A stretch of 64,000 bases of DNA from Candidatus Anstonellales archaeon (GTDB lineage Archaea > Micrarchaeota > Micrarchaeia > Anstonellales > J096). Shown piece by piece: positions 8,806-17,047 of the stretch; the stretch's first letter is position 1, and each line of letters opens with the position of its first letter. The position numbers and the translations under genes were made by a program. The notes below the pieces were generated by a model. It was not told where the DNA came from. It was given only the letters and a program-made list of their open reading frames with translations, and ran no database searches. The DNA lies in contig JAWAFD010000002.1 in the NCBI GenBank assembly GCA_038890745.1, positions 96,001-160,000 on the forward strand, written 5' to 3'.

Positions 8806-11253
8806 TTAGGCTTTCCTTCGGAATTCTCTCTTTTCTATCTTACTGATGTCCTGCTTTTTTTCTCTAATCATTTCCACGAATTCCTTATACCTTTCCTTCA
8901 TTCCATCCTCTACCTCAAATAACTTCGCCCTTCCACTAATGAGGCCTAGGATTGCGTTCTCTACCGATTTTGGAATATTTCTATTTTTTGCCTCTATTTC
9001 TACTGAATAGGGACTTTTGAGGTCCATATTGAATCCTATGTAAATCTCATCTTCCAGAATAATGAGCGCCCCTTCAATACCCTTGCGTGGGTCAGCAATG
9101 ATTTCTTTTATTTTTAGCTCCTTCTCAACAAAAACATCTTGCGGGTCCCGCATGATAATTGTCGGATTTGCCTTTCTTAAACTTTCATCGTCATATGAAA
9201 CGATTTCTCTTTTTGGCTGGACCCTCTCCCCTCCTTTCGCTGTTTCTTCTTTTTTGAACAGCCCTACCTCCTCCGGGGGATCATTTGGTTCCCCTGTTTT
9301 TCTTATCCTCAAAATGCTGCTCTCTGTATACAGTTTGTTCTGCTCCTTTTCGCTCTCTGGCGGAATGAGATAAAAGCTTCCGACCTTTTCCAGAGCAAAC
9401 CCAAACTCTTGGAATATCTTTATTATTTCATCTGCATACTCCACGCCTTTTGGGCTGGTTATGAATATAACATTGTTGTTGCCAACAGCTCTGTTCAATC
9501 TTAAGAGGATCTCAGCTGCCTGCTTTTCTGTAAGCCAGTGCATAAAAGAAAGGAGAAGAACTTCCTTTCCTTCCTCTGCTTTAAACTCCCCATTCCTCAA
9601 GCTATCAACAAAAAAATGTTTTATCTTGCTTCCCTCAACAAACTCCAGAAGTTTGTCAGGCATGCTTTCATGAAACATTGAGATAACCTGACCATCCCTA
9701 CAAATCCCTGCTTTCGCGAGTGCTACCATCTCCCTAAACCCCCACAGCTGGACCAACCTTTCCCCAATAAGTCTATGAAGTTCGGGCGATCTTGTCTCTT
9801 TCCACACATGCATGGCCAGGACTATCCTCTGGTCTAGTGTTAGTTTTTGCTCTTCTTTTACTGCAATAAGGAACGCCAAATCCGGAAATTTTTGAATGTA
9901 TCTTTCTATCGTTGAACGGCTTACCGGAATTTCATATGGGTTATCGATATGGGAGAGGATGATAGTATACATTCTTTTATCCACTGCCTCTTTCACTTCC
10001 CCTTCAACATTACTCAAAACACCCTTACTAAAATTCTCCAAAAACTCTCTATCCTCACATTTCTCTACCCACTCTTTCTGCAAAGAAGAAAGTTCAATAT
10101 TCCTACATATAGTAGCCCCACCAATCTTTACCCCATACTTATTTTCAATTAATTCAGCAATCTGAGGACTACTCGGAAACACCTCTTTATTCTCTCCTAA
10201 AACCTTATTCACAATCTCCTTAAACCTTCTATCTCTTGCTTCCTTCCCCTCCCCTTCAACATTATTCAAAACACCCTTACTAAAATTCTCCAAAAACTCT
10301 TCATCCTCACATTCCTCTACCCACTTTTTCTGTAAAGAAGAAAGTTCAATATTCCTCCGTATAGTTTTTTCACTAATATCCACCCCATACTTATTTTCAA
10401 TTAATTCAGCAATCTGAGGACTACCCGGAAACACCTTTTTATTCTCTCCTAAAACCTTATCCACAATCTCCTTAAACCTTCTATCCCTCGCTTCTTTCAC
10501 TTCCCCTTCAACCTTACTCAAAACACCCTTACTAAAATTCTCCAAAAACACCCCCTCCTCACACTTCTCTATCCACTCTTTCTGCAAAGAAGAAAGTTCA
10601 ATATTCATTAATATAGTAGATGCGCCAATCTTCACCCCATACTTATTTTCAATTAATTCAGCAATCTGAGGACTACCCGGAAACACCTCTTTATTCTCTC
10701 CTAAAACCTTATTCACAATCTCCTTAAACCTTCTATCTCTTGCTTCCTTCACTTCCCCTTCAACATTATTCAAAGATTTATTACTAAAATTCTCCAAAAA
10801 CTCTCTATCCTCACATTCCTCTATCCACTTTTTCTGTAAAGAAGAAAGTTCAATATTTCTCAATATAGTAGCCCCACTAATCTTCACCCCATACTCAACA
10901 TACTTATTTTCAATTAATTTAGCAATCTGAGGACTACCCGGAAACACCTCTTTATTCTCTCCTAAAACCTTATTCACAATCTCCTTAAACCTTCTATCTC
11001 TTGCTTCCTTCACTTCCCCTTCAACATTATTCAAAGATTTATTACTAAAATTCTCCAAAAACTCTCTATCCTCACATTCCTCTATCCACTTTTTCTGTAA
11101 AGAAGAAAGTTCAATATTCAGCTGTATAGTACTTTCACTAATCTTCATCCCATACTTATTTTCAATTAATTCAGCAATCTGAGTACTACTCGGAAACACC
11201 TCGGGGTTTTCTTTCAGCGCTTTTAATATAAGTTCTCGTATCTCCTCTTTCAT
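8806..11253 (-). CDS. Hypothetical protein with five tandem 84-aa HTH-like repeats and a C-terminal globular region
   Basis: 815-aa ORF; repeats visible in protein and DNA; QIAELIENKYGVKISxxTIxRNI resembles a winged HTH. Confidence 0.85.
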   Translation of the reverse strand: MKEEIRELILKALKENPEVFPSSTQIAELIENKYGMKISESTIQLNIELSSLQKKWIEECEDREFLENFSNKSLNNVEGEVKEARDRRFKEIVNKVLGENKEVFPGSPQIAKLIENKYVEYGVKISGATILRNIELSSLQKKWIEECEDREFLENFSNKSLNNVEGEVKEARDRRFKEIVNKVLGENKEVFPGSPQIAELIENKYGVKIGASTILMNIELSSLQKEWIEKCEEGVFLENFSKGVLSKVEGEVKEARDRRFKEIVDKVLGENKKVFPGSPQIAELIENKYGVDISEKTIRRNIELSSLQKKWVEECEDEEFLENFSKGVLNNVEGEGKEARDRRFKEIVNKVLGENKEVFPSSPQIAELIENKYGVKIGGATICRNIELSSLQKEWVEKCEDREFLENFSKGVLSNVEGEVKEAVDKRMYTIILSHIDNPYEIPVSRSTIERYIQKFPDLAFLIAVKEEQKLTLDQRIVLAMHVWKETRSPELHRLIGERLVQLWGFREMVALAKAGICRDGQVISMFHESMPDKLLEFVEGSKIKHFFVDSLRNGEFKAEEGKEVLLLSFMHWLTEKQAAEILLRLNRAVGNNNVIFITSPKGVEYADEIIKIFQEFGFALEKVGSFYLIPPESEKEQNKLYTESSILRIRKTGEPNDPPEEVGLFKKEETAKGGERVQPKREIVSYDDESLRKANPTIIMRDPQDVFVEKELKIKEIIADPRKGIEGALIILEDEIYIGFNMDLKSPYSVEIEAKNRNIPKSVENAILGLISGRAKLFEVEDGMKERYKEFVEMIREKKQDISKIEKREFRRKA
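9976..11244 (-). repeat. Intragenic tandem repeat, 5 units of 252 bp (one unit is 261 bp because of a VEY insertion)
   Basis: 'ttaaaccttctatc' recurs at about 10221, 10472, 10724 and 10985; units are near-identical at DNA level. Confidence 0.95.
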
Positions 11254-11372
11254 AATTTCTATTATGTGAACAAAAATATAAAAAGATGTATGTTATAAGC
11301 ATTTAAGGATTGTGGGCAAAAGTTTTGGTTTTGAACTGCAGGTTTTTAATTCCTTCTACGCAATTTCTCTTC

Positions 11373-11942
11373 ATGCTCGCAATAATAGATAATGGAAGCC
11401 AGTACACCCATCTAATAAAACGCTCCTTTAAATACTTGAAAAAAGAGGCTGAGATTTTCAATGCGCGCGGGCTTTCCATTGAAAAAATTAAAACCGCAGA
11501 AGGGTTTGTTTTGAGCGGGGGCCCGTCAAGCGTTCTCTCTTCCTACGAGAAAATAAACGAGGAGATTGTAAAAAAGGTAAGCGGCGGAGAGTGGAAAAAG
11601 CCGGTTTTGGGGATATGCTTTGGCCATCAACTCATAGCGCATGTTTTGGGTGGAAAAGTTGAAAAGGGGAGGAAGGCGGAGTATGGTTTTACCGAAATAG
11701 AGCGGATTGGGGAGAGCGTTCTCCTAAAAGACATGCCAAAAAAATTTAAGGCATGGGCAAGTCATTTTGATGAAGTGAAGAAAGTTCCGGCTGGCTTTAG
11801 GGTTGTTGCAAAATCAGAAACCTGCGAGATTGAGGCGATGGAGAATGAAAAAAGGAAAATATTCAGCACACAGTTCCACCCGGAGGTTTGGCATACCGAA
11901 AACGGCGAGCAGATATTCAAGAATTTCTTGGAGGTTTTCTAA
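11373..11942 (+). CDS. guaAA: GMP synthase glutamine amidotransferase subunit A
   Basis: IIDNGSQYT, SGGP, LGICFGHQ and QFHPEV motifs; likely start ATG 11373. Confidence 0.92.
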   Translation: MLAIIDNGSQYTHLIKRSFKYLKKEAEIFNARGLSIEKIKTAEGFVLSGGPSSVLSSYEKINEEIVKKVSGGEWKKPVLGICFGHQLIAHVLGGKVEKGRKAEYGFTEIERIGESVLLKDMPKKFKAWASHFDEVKKVPAGFRVVAKSETCEIEAMENEKRKIFSTQFHPEVWHTENGEQIFKNFLEVF

Positions 11943-12238
11943 TGTTCCTAAAGATTCACGAGCGGATGGGGAAAAAGGTTGTTGCGGTCTGCGATAAGGA
12001 GCTGATAGGAAAAGTTTATGAAGAGGGCGATGCGATCTTGGATTTAAAAACATACAAAAATTTTTATATGGGAAAGCTTGTAAGCGAGGAGGAAGCGATA
12101 AAACATTTGGCAGAATTTAATTCTGCGAATATAGTTGGAAAAAAATCCGTTTCCCTGGCTCTAGGTTTGAAGCTTTGCGAAAAATCAGAAGTTAAGACAA
12201 TCGCTGGAATTCCTCACATACAGATTTATAAATTTTAG
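11942..12238 (+). CDS. DUF424 family archaeal protein
   Basis: KIH...VVAVCDKELIGK...FYMG...ANIVG..SV...I.GIPHIQI pattern; start overlaps the guaAA stop. Confidence 0.8.
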   Translation: MFLKIHERMGKKVVAVCDKELIGKVYEEGDAILDLKTYKNFYMGKLVSEEEAIKHLAEFNSANIVGKKSVSLALGLKLCEKSEVKTIAGIPHIQIYKF

Positions 12239-12256
12239 CATTAAAAATTAAAAAGG

Positions 12257-12661
12257 GTGAGCAGCATGCAAACAGTTACTATAGTTGCAGAAGATAGAGT
12301 GGGTTTGTTATCAGACATCTCATACATACTTGGGAAAGAGAAGATAAATATAGAATCCATATCAACAAATAGCGTTGGTAACACTGCAGTGATAGTTCTA
12401 ACTGTAAAAGATGCAAAGAAAACAGCATCCATTCTCAAAAAGAATGGGTTCAATGTTGTAGCTGAGGAGGCATTTATAGTGCAGTTGGAGGATAGGCCCG
12501 GAGAGTTACACAAAATGACCAAGCTTCTCGCAAGTAATAAAATAAACATCAAGAATGTTTTTGTAGTAACAAAAGGAGGCGGGAAGGCTATACTAAGCGT
12601 GATCGTGGACAGGCCGAGAAAAGCCGCGAAGCTTCTCAAACCATACCTAACAACCGCTTAA
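12257..12661 (+). CDS. Tandem ACT-domain protein
   Basis: Two ACT motifs: EDRVGLLSDISYILGKEKINI and EDRPGELHKMTKLLASNKINI. Confidence 0.85.
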   Translation: MSSMQTVTIVAEDRVGLLSDISYILGKEKINIESISTNSVGNTAVIVLTVKDAKKTASILKKNGFNVVAEEAFIVQLEDRPGELHKMTKLLASNKINIKNVFVVTKGGGKAILSVIVDRPRKAAKLLKPYLTTA

Positions 12662-12693
12662 ATTTCAACCTCAACTGTTTTTTCTTTTTTATT
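12661..12693. repeat. 33-bp direct repeat, left copy (att-like); encodes the native NFACT C-terminus followed by TAA on the - strand
   Basis: aatttcaacctcaactgttttttcttttttatt, identical to 14823-14855. Confidence 0.9.
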
Positions 12694-12767
12694 CATTATC
12701 TAAGTTTAGATCATTGCAACATGGTAGTAGAAAACCTTAAATATACTTTTTCTCATAAGTAAAACAC

Positions 12768-13352
12768 ATGAGTAAGTTTAGTAAGATAATAAAAAGAGTG
12801 GGTGAACGTGCATTATTTATGTCAACTCCTTTAATCCTCTCCTGCGCATTTTTACATAGAGCTCCTAAGGTGGATGGGATTGAAACGGATAGCAAACAAA
12901 CCGAGCTAACAGAAGTAGGTGGAAATGAGGTTGAAAGAGAGATGGTTTATTGGAAAACAATTTTTACAGATGTTGACTCTTCACAGCTTTTTTCCTTTCT
13001 CTATATCGCCATGAATACTGCACTCTTTCGTGATGGAAAGGTATGGGATTCGCTTACAAGAGATGAGCAGAAAGAAAGAATTGAGAGAGTAGTAGAAACA
13101 GAAAAGTTAATACAAAAAGAACTGCCTTACTGGAGGACCGTTCTCCACGATGAGTGGGTTAAGGATACTGCAAGGTTTGATGGGGTTGTTCGAGGGTTAA
13201 TAAGTTATAGTGAATATATACAAAGACCATGGATGGCTCTTTCAAGAGAAAAACAAAAAGAAATGATATTGTATGATTTGGGTGTTGGAACACGAGGGAA
13301 GGATCCAGAACCAGCTAGTTTGATTTCACCTCCGGCAAGCCCATTCAAATGA
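12768..13352 (+). CDS. Hypothetical protein, possibly exported or lipoprotein-like
   Basis: 194-aa ORF with upstream TATA-like element; basic N-terminus, hydrophobic stretch ending LILSC; internal W..L(T/S)R(D/E)xQKE duplication. Confidence 0.65.
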   Translation: MSKFSKIIKRVGERALFMSTPLILSCAFLHRAPKVDGIETDSKQTELTEVGGNEVEREMVYWKTIFTDVDSSQLFSFLYIAMNTALFRDGKVWDSLTRDEQKERIERVVETEKLIQKELPYWRTVLHDEWVKDTARFDGVVRGLISYSEYIQRPWMALSREKQKEMILYDLGVGTRGKDPEPASLISPPASPFK

Positions 13353-13358
13353 ATGTTT

Positions 13359-15809
13359 TTATTTTTTCATACTTTCTTTAATTCTTTCCATCTTATTCAA
13401 TAATTCATTATACATTGCATGCTTTTCTCCTATGATTGAGGTGCACTGTTTTAACATAGAGTAGGCATCATTATATAAATCACTTGCAAGCCACCATCTT
13501 CCTGCCATCTTTTCTTGCTCGGCCAGTTCCTCATACAATTCACACAAATTCATATAAGCAAGAACATAGAATCTATCTGCTTCAATTGCTTTTTTATAAT
13601 TCTCTTCAGCTTCTTCGTATCTTTTTTGTCTATGATACACCCTTCCAAGCCCAGTTAATGCTTCGGCATACTTTTCTTTTAATTCTATAGCTCTCTTAAA
13701 CTCCGTTTCTGCTTTATCTAGTTCATTCAATCCAAGATAGGCCAACCCTAGATTCATATGAGCCTCTCCATTTTTGGGATAGTTTTTTGCTAATGGTTCA
13801 AGCAGTTCCCTAGCTTCTTTGTATTTTGCTTCAGCAATCAAAACCTTTCCTAGACCAACCTTTGCATAGATATAATCTTTATTTATTTTTAGAGATCTCT
13901 TAAAACAAATCTCTGCATCCCTTAACCTTCCTAATTCAACATAAACATATCCAAGCCTTTCCCACACTTGCTCTTTCTTTCCCCATTTTTTACTACTCTC
14001 TAGAAAAATTTCTTCTGCTTCTTTATATCTTCCTGCTTTATAATAGGCATCACCCAAATTGAATAATGTTCCAAACTCCCCCATTATCCTTGCTCTTTCA
14101 TAATTCTCTATTGCTCTATCATAAGCCCCATTTTCCAAAAACAGATACCCTTGCTGATCATAGTAGGTCGCCTCAACCTTATCTCTCGTGTCAAGCAAAA
14201 GAACATTGTCTTTGGGAAGAGCAAATCCATTTTCTATTAGGTCAGCATAATAAAGAGAAATCTCAGAAACAAAATCTTCACTTCCTGGCTTGTTTGTAAG
14301 TGTTCCAAATAATTTTCTTGCAGGGTCTATAAGCAATGTTTCATTTTCCAGTTCAACAATTATGATTGAGGCATGCGCTTCATCAACAACAAAACCCCCC
14401 TCTTTTTTCTCAAATCTTAAACATAAAAGCTGGGAGCTTATCCCAATCTCATCCAACAGAGCATACGTAAACCTTGAGTATTCTAAACAATTTAGTTCTA
14501 TAATTTGGTTATTCTCTATTGCATCGCATATCTGGAAATTTGAATAAGGAGTTCTTGGGTTTGGTCCGTTGTATGATTTGATGAATTTGTTTTCTGTTAT
14601 GAAACTATAAACAAACTTTGCTCTATCCTTCTCTCTGCTAATATGGCCCCAGTCAGTTTTTAGTCTTAAATCTATTTCAAGCTGTTGTCTTATTCTATCA
14701 GTTATCCCAAGAATACTATAGTCTGGTATTTTCTTAGGTATTATCTTACCTATATCGAGCTCTTTCTCTAGTTTTGGCTCCTGTATTTGGATTTGTCCAG
14801 GGCAATCATTATATATAAATTCAATTTCAACCTCAACTGTTTTTTCTTTTTTATTTATTCTTGCACCAATTTTTTTCAAAAACTCGCTTTCTTTTTCTTT
14901 TTTCGCCTCGTTTATTATCTCCTCGATATAATCATACTTTTCGTACATTGTTTTCGCAATCCTCTCTGCTTCCTCAGCTTTCTTTTCATACTCAACTATG
15001 CTTTCCTTTTGTTTTTCTATCGCGCGCCTGAGCTTTTCAACTTCTTTTGGTTCTTTCTCCTCCCCACAGGTTAAATAATATTCATCCACAACCTCGCTCA
15101 GCGTTCTGTATTCTTTATAATTCTCGTTGAATCTCGCAACCCCAAAATCAACCAATCCCTCATTTTCAAAAAACCCGTATGGTCTGGCTTCTTTTTTTAG
15201 TTTTTCAATCTCGGTTTTTATCCTTTCGATCTGCTCTTTAGTTAGTTTATTGCCCGGAGTTTTTTCTTCTATCCCGCACCTTTCTAAAACTAATCTTGCA
15301 TACCTTTTCCCCAAAACAGAAATCAGGGAAACAACGACATATTTTTCAGAAATGTTCTCTTCAAATTCCGCAGGGTTGCTAACCGGAAACTTATACCTTT
15401 CGCCCCTTTTCAAAACCCTATCCTTCCAACTCTCGTTCCTGAAAACACTCTCTATTATTCCATTCTTTACAAAAACAGCATTCCCTTCAGCAAACATCTC
15501 AAAAATCAACTGTTCTTCCCCAAAGTCAAAGACAACAACCCGGTCCAAGTTGTGCAAATAAATTTTTTTCACAACCTTGTTTTCAAGCGCCTTTCTTATG
15601 TAATCAGTAAAATGGTTTTTCTCGCTTTTTTCCTCTATTTTTTTAGCAACATTTACCCTCACACCCAAATCCACAACAATATTCACATCCTCAAACTTCA
15701 ATCTTATTCTTTTTCCACCTAGAAAATATGCTTTTGTAAAATGCTTACCCTGAGCGGCTTTCAGCTCCTCTAGCATATACCAGTATTCAAACCTTTCAAG
15801 CGAGCGCAT
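13359..15809 (-). CDS. Rqc2/NFACT N-terminal-domain protein fused in frame to a transglutaminase-like domain and TPR repeats
   Basis: N-part has DRVVVFDF...LIFEMFAEGNAVFV...RVLKRGERYKFP (FbpA/NFACT-N) and a coiled coil; after EVEI come NCLEYS..H..LIDP (Cys-His-Asp) and about 7 TPRs. Confidence 0.8.
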   Translation of the reverse strand: MRSLERFEYWYMLEELKAAQGKHFTKAYFLGGKRIRLKFEDVNIVVDLGVRVNVAKKIEEKSEKNHFTDYIRKALENKVVKKIYLHNLDRVVVFDFGEEQLIFEMFAEGNAVFVKNGIIESVFRNESWKDRVLKRGERYKFPVSNPAEFEENISEKYVVVSLISVLGKRYARLVLERCGIEEKTPGNKLTKEQIERIKTEIEKLKKEARPYGFFENEGLVDFGVARFNENYKEYRTLSEVVDEYYLTCGEEKEPKEVEKLRRAIEKQKESIVEYEKKAEEAERIAKTMYEKYDYIEEIINEAKKEKESEFLKKIGARINKKEKTVEVEIEFIYNDCPGQIQIQEPKLEKELDIGKIIPKKIPDYSILGITDRIRQQLEIDLRLKTDWGHISREKDRAKFVYSFITENKFIKSYNGPNPRTPYSNFQICDAIENNQIIELNCLEYSRFTYALLDEIGISSQLLCLRFEKKEGGFVVDEAHASIIIVELENETLLIDPARKLFGTLTNKPGSEDFVSEISLYYADLIENGFALPKDNVLLLDTRDKVEATYYDQQGYLFLENGAYDRAIENYERARIMGEFGTLFNLGDAYYKAGRYKEAEEIFLESSKKWGKKEQVWERLGYVYVELGRLRDAEICFKRSLKINKDYIYAKVGLGKVLIAEAKYKEARELLEPLAKNYPKNGEAHMNLGLAYLGLNELDKAETEFKRAIELKEKYAEALTGLGRVYHRQKRYEEAEENYKKAIEADRFYVLAYMNLCELYEELAEQEKMAGRWWLASDLYNDAYSMLKQCTSIIGEKHAMYNELLNKMERIKESMKK
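14823..14855. repeat. 33-bp direct repeat, right copy (att-like), inside the NFACT fusion ORF
   Basis: Identical to 12661-12693; followed on the - strand by GAA instead of TAA. Confidence 0.9.
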
Positions 15810-16935
15810 TCCTATCCCCAAAAATAATCTCCAATTTTTCTTTTATCTTGATGATGTCCTCTAAATACACAAATTCATTGGGCGAATGTATGTTGTTCTC
15901 ATCCCTTCCAACCCCAAAACAAACGGTTTGCATCTTATCCACAAAGAAAATTCCATCGTTGCTTCCCCATTCTGCAAAGTTTTTCTTTATCCCGAAAACA
16001 TTCTTCACATACTCAACAAAAGGACCTTTTGATACATATCCTTTGTTTTTTGATTTTATCTTTATCTCAGCATCCACCTCAGTTTTATCCACTACTTTCT
16101 CAAAAAAGCTCAAGAATTCAAGCTCAACATCATCTATGTTTTCTTCTGGGAGAGAGCGGAGGTCGAACCCAACAACAGCCTTTTCCGGAACAACGTTCTC
16201 TTTTCCCCCAGCTTTCAGAACAGTGAAGGAAAACCTTCCATAGATCGGCCTTTCTTTCTCGTCTGTAAGCTGAGAATACGTCCCTTCCCGCAGGAATTCA
16301 TACCCCCTAAGCTCCTGCATAAGAAGGATCGCTTTTTCTATTGGGTTTTCTGTTAGGAAAGGCATTCCCGCATGCCCTCCTTTCCCCTTTACTATTATTT
16401 CCCCAAGAATAGTTCCGCTCGCGCCTACTGTTGGCAGCAGCCCGGCATCCAGTATTATTGCCCCATCTCCTTCAAGAAGTTTATTTTTTTCCAAATACCT
16501 CAGCCCATACTCCCCCCCCATTTCCTCATCAGGTGCTATCAAAAGTTTTACCTTATATTCAGGTTCTGAGTTTTTCAAGGCAAGCAAACCAGCTACGATA
16601 TTCCCTTTACAATCCGTCGCACCGCTTCCATAAAGCCGGCCTTCTATTTCGGTTAATTTGAATGGGTCTGTTTTCCATTCCTTTTTTTCAGTGGGGACGG
16701 TATCGTAGTGGGTTGCAATCAGAAGTGTTTTGTTTCCCGTTCCCTTCTCAACGATTATTGTAGGCCTTTTTGTTCCGTCTTGTGTTTTTGGGTTTATTGT
16801 CTTAAACTTCATCTTATTTTTTTTCAACCATCTTTCAAGAAATTTAACAAGCGGGAGGTAGTTTTTCTCCTCCACATTCGTATCGAAGGCTACAAGAGAT
16901 CTCAGAAGCTCCTTTGCGTTTTTTTCATCCCTCAT
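15796..16935 (-). CDS. M20/M25/M40 family metallo-hydrolase (ArgE/DapE-like)
   Basis: HYDTVP, GSGATDCKG, DEEMGG, GKGGHAG and HSPNE motifs. Confidence 0.9.
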   Translation of the reverse strand: MRDEKNAKELLRSLVAFDTNVEEKNYLPLVKFLERWLKKNKMKFKTINPKTQDGTKRPTIIVEKGTGNKTLLIATHYDTVPTEKKEWKTDPFKLTEIEGRLYGSGATDCKGNIVAGLLALKNSEPEYKVKLLIAPDEEMGGEYGLRYLEKNKLLEGDGAIILDAGLLPTVGASGTILGEIIVKGKGGHAGMPFLTENPIEKAILLMQELRGYEFLREGTYSQLTDEKERPIYGRFSFTVLKAGGKENVVPEKAVVGFDLRSLPEENIDDVELEFLSFFEKVVDKTEVDAEIKIKSKNKGYVSKGPFVEYVKNVFGIKKNFAEWGSNDGIFFVDKMQTVCFGVGRDENNIHSPNEFVYLEDIIKIKEKLEIIFGDRNALA

Positions 16936-17047
16936 GCTTTTATATATCCTTCCATGTTTTTAATATCTTCCCATTCATGTTATCATTTCTGTTTTAATCA
17001 TACAAAAACATTTAAAAACACTTTCCACCAAAAATAACACTGATCAT

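Noticed and set aside
9976..11244. Diversity-generating retroelement TR/VR pair
   Set aside because: Differences are not confined to adenines, all copies lie in one ORF, and no reverse transcriptase is visible
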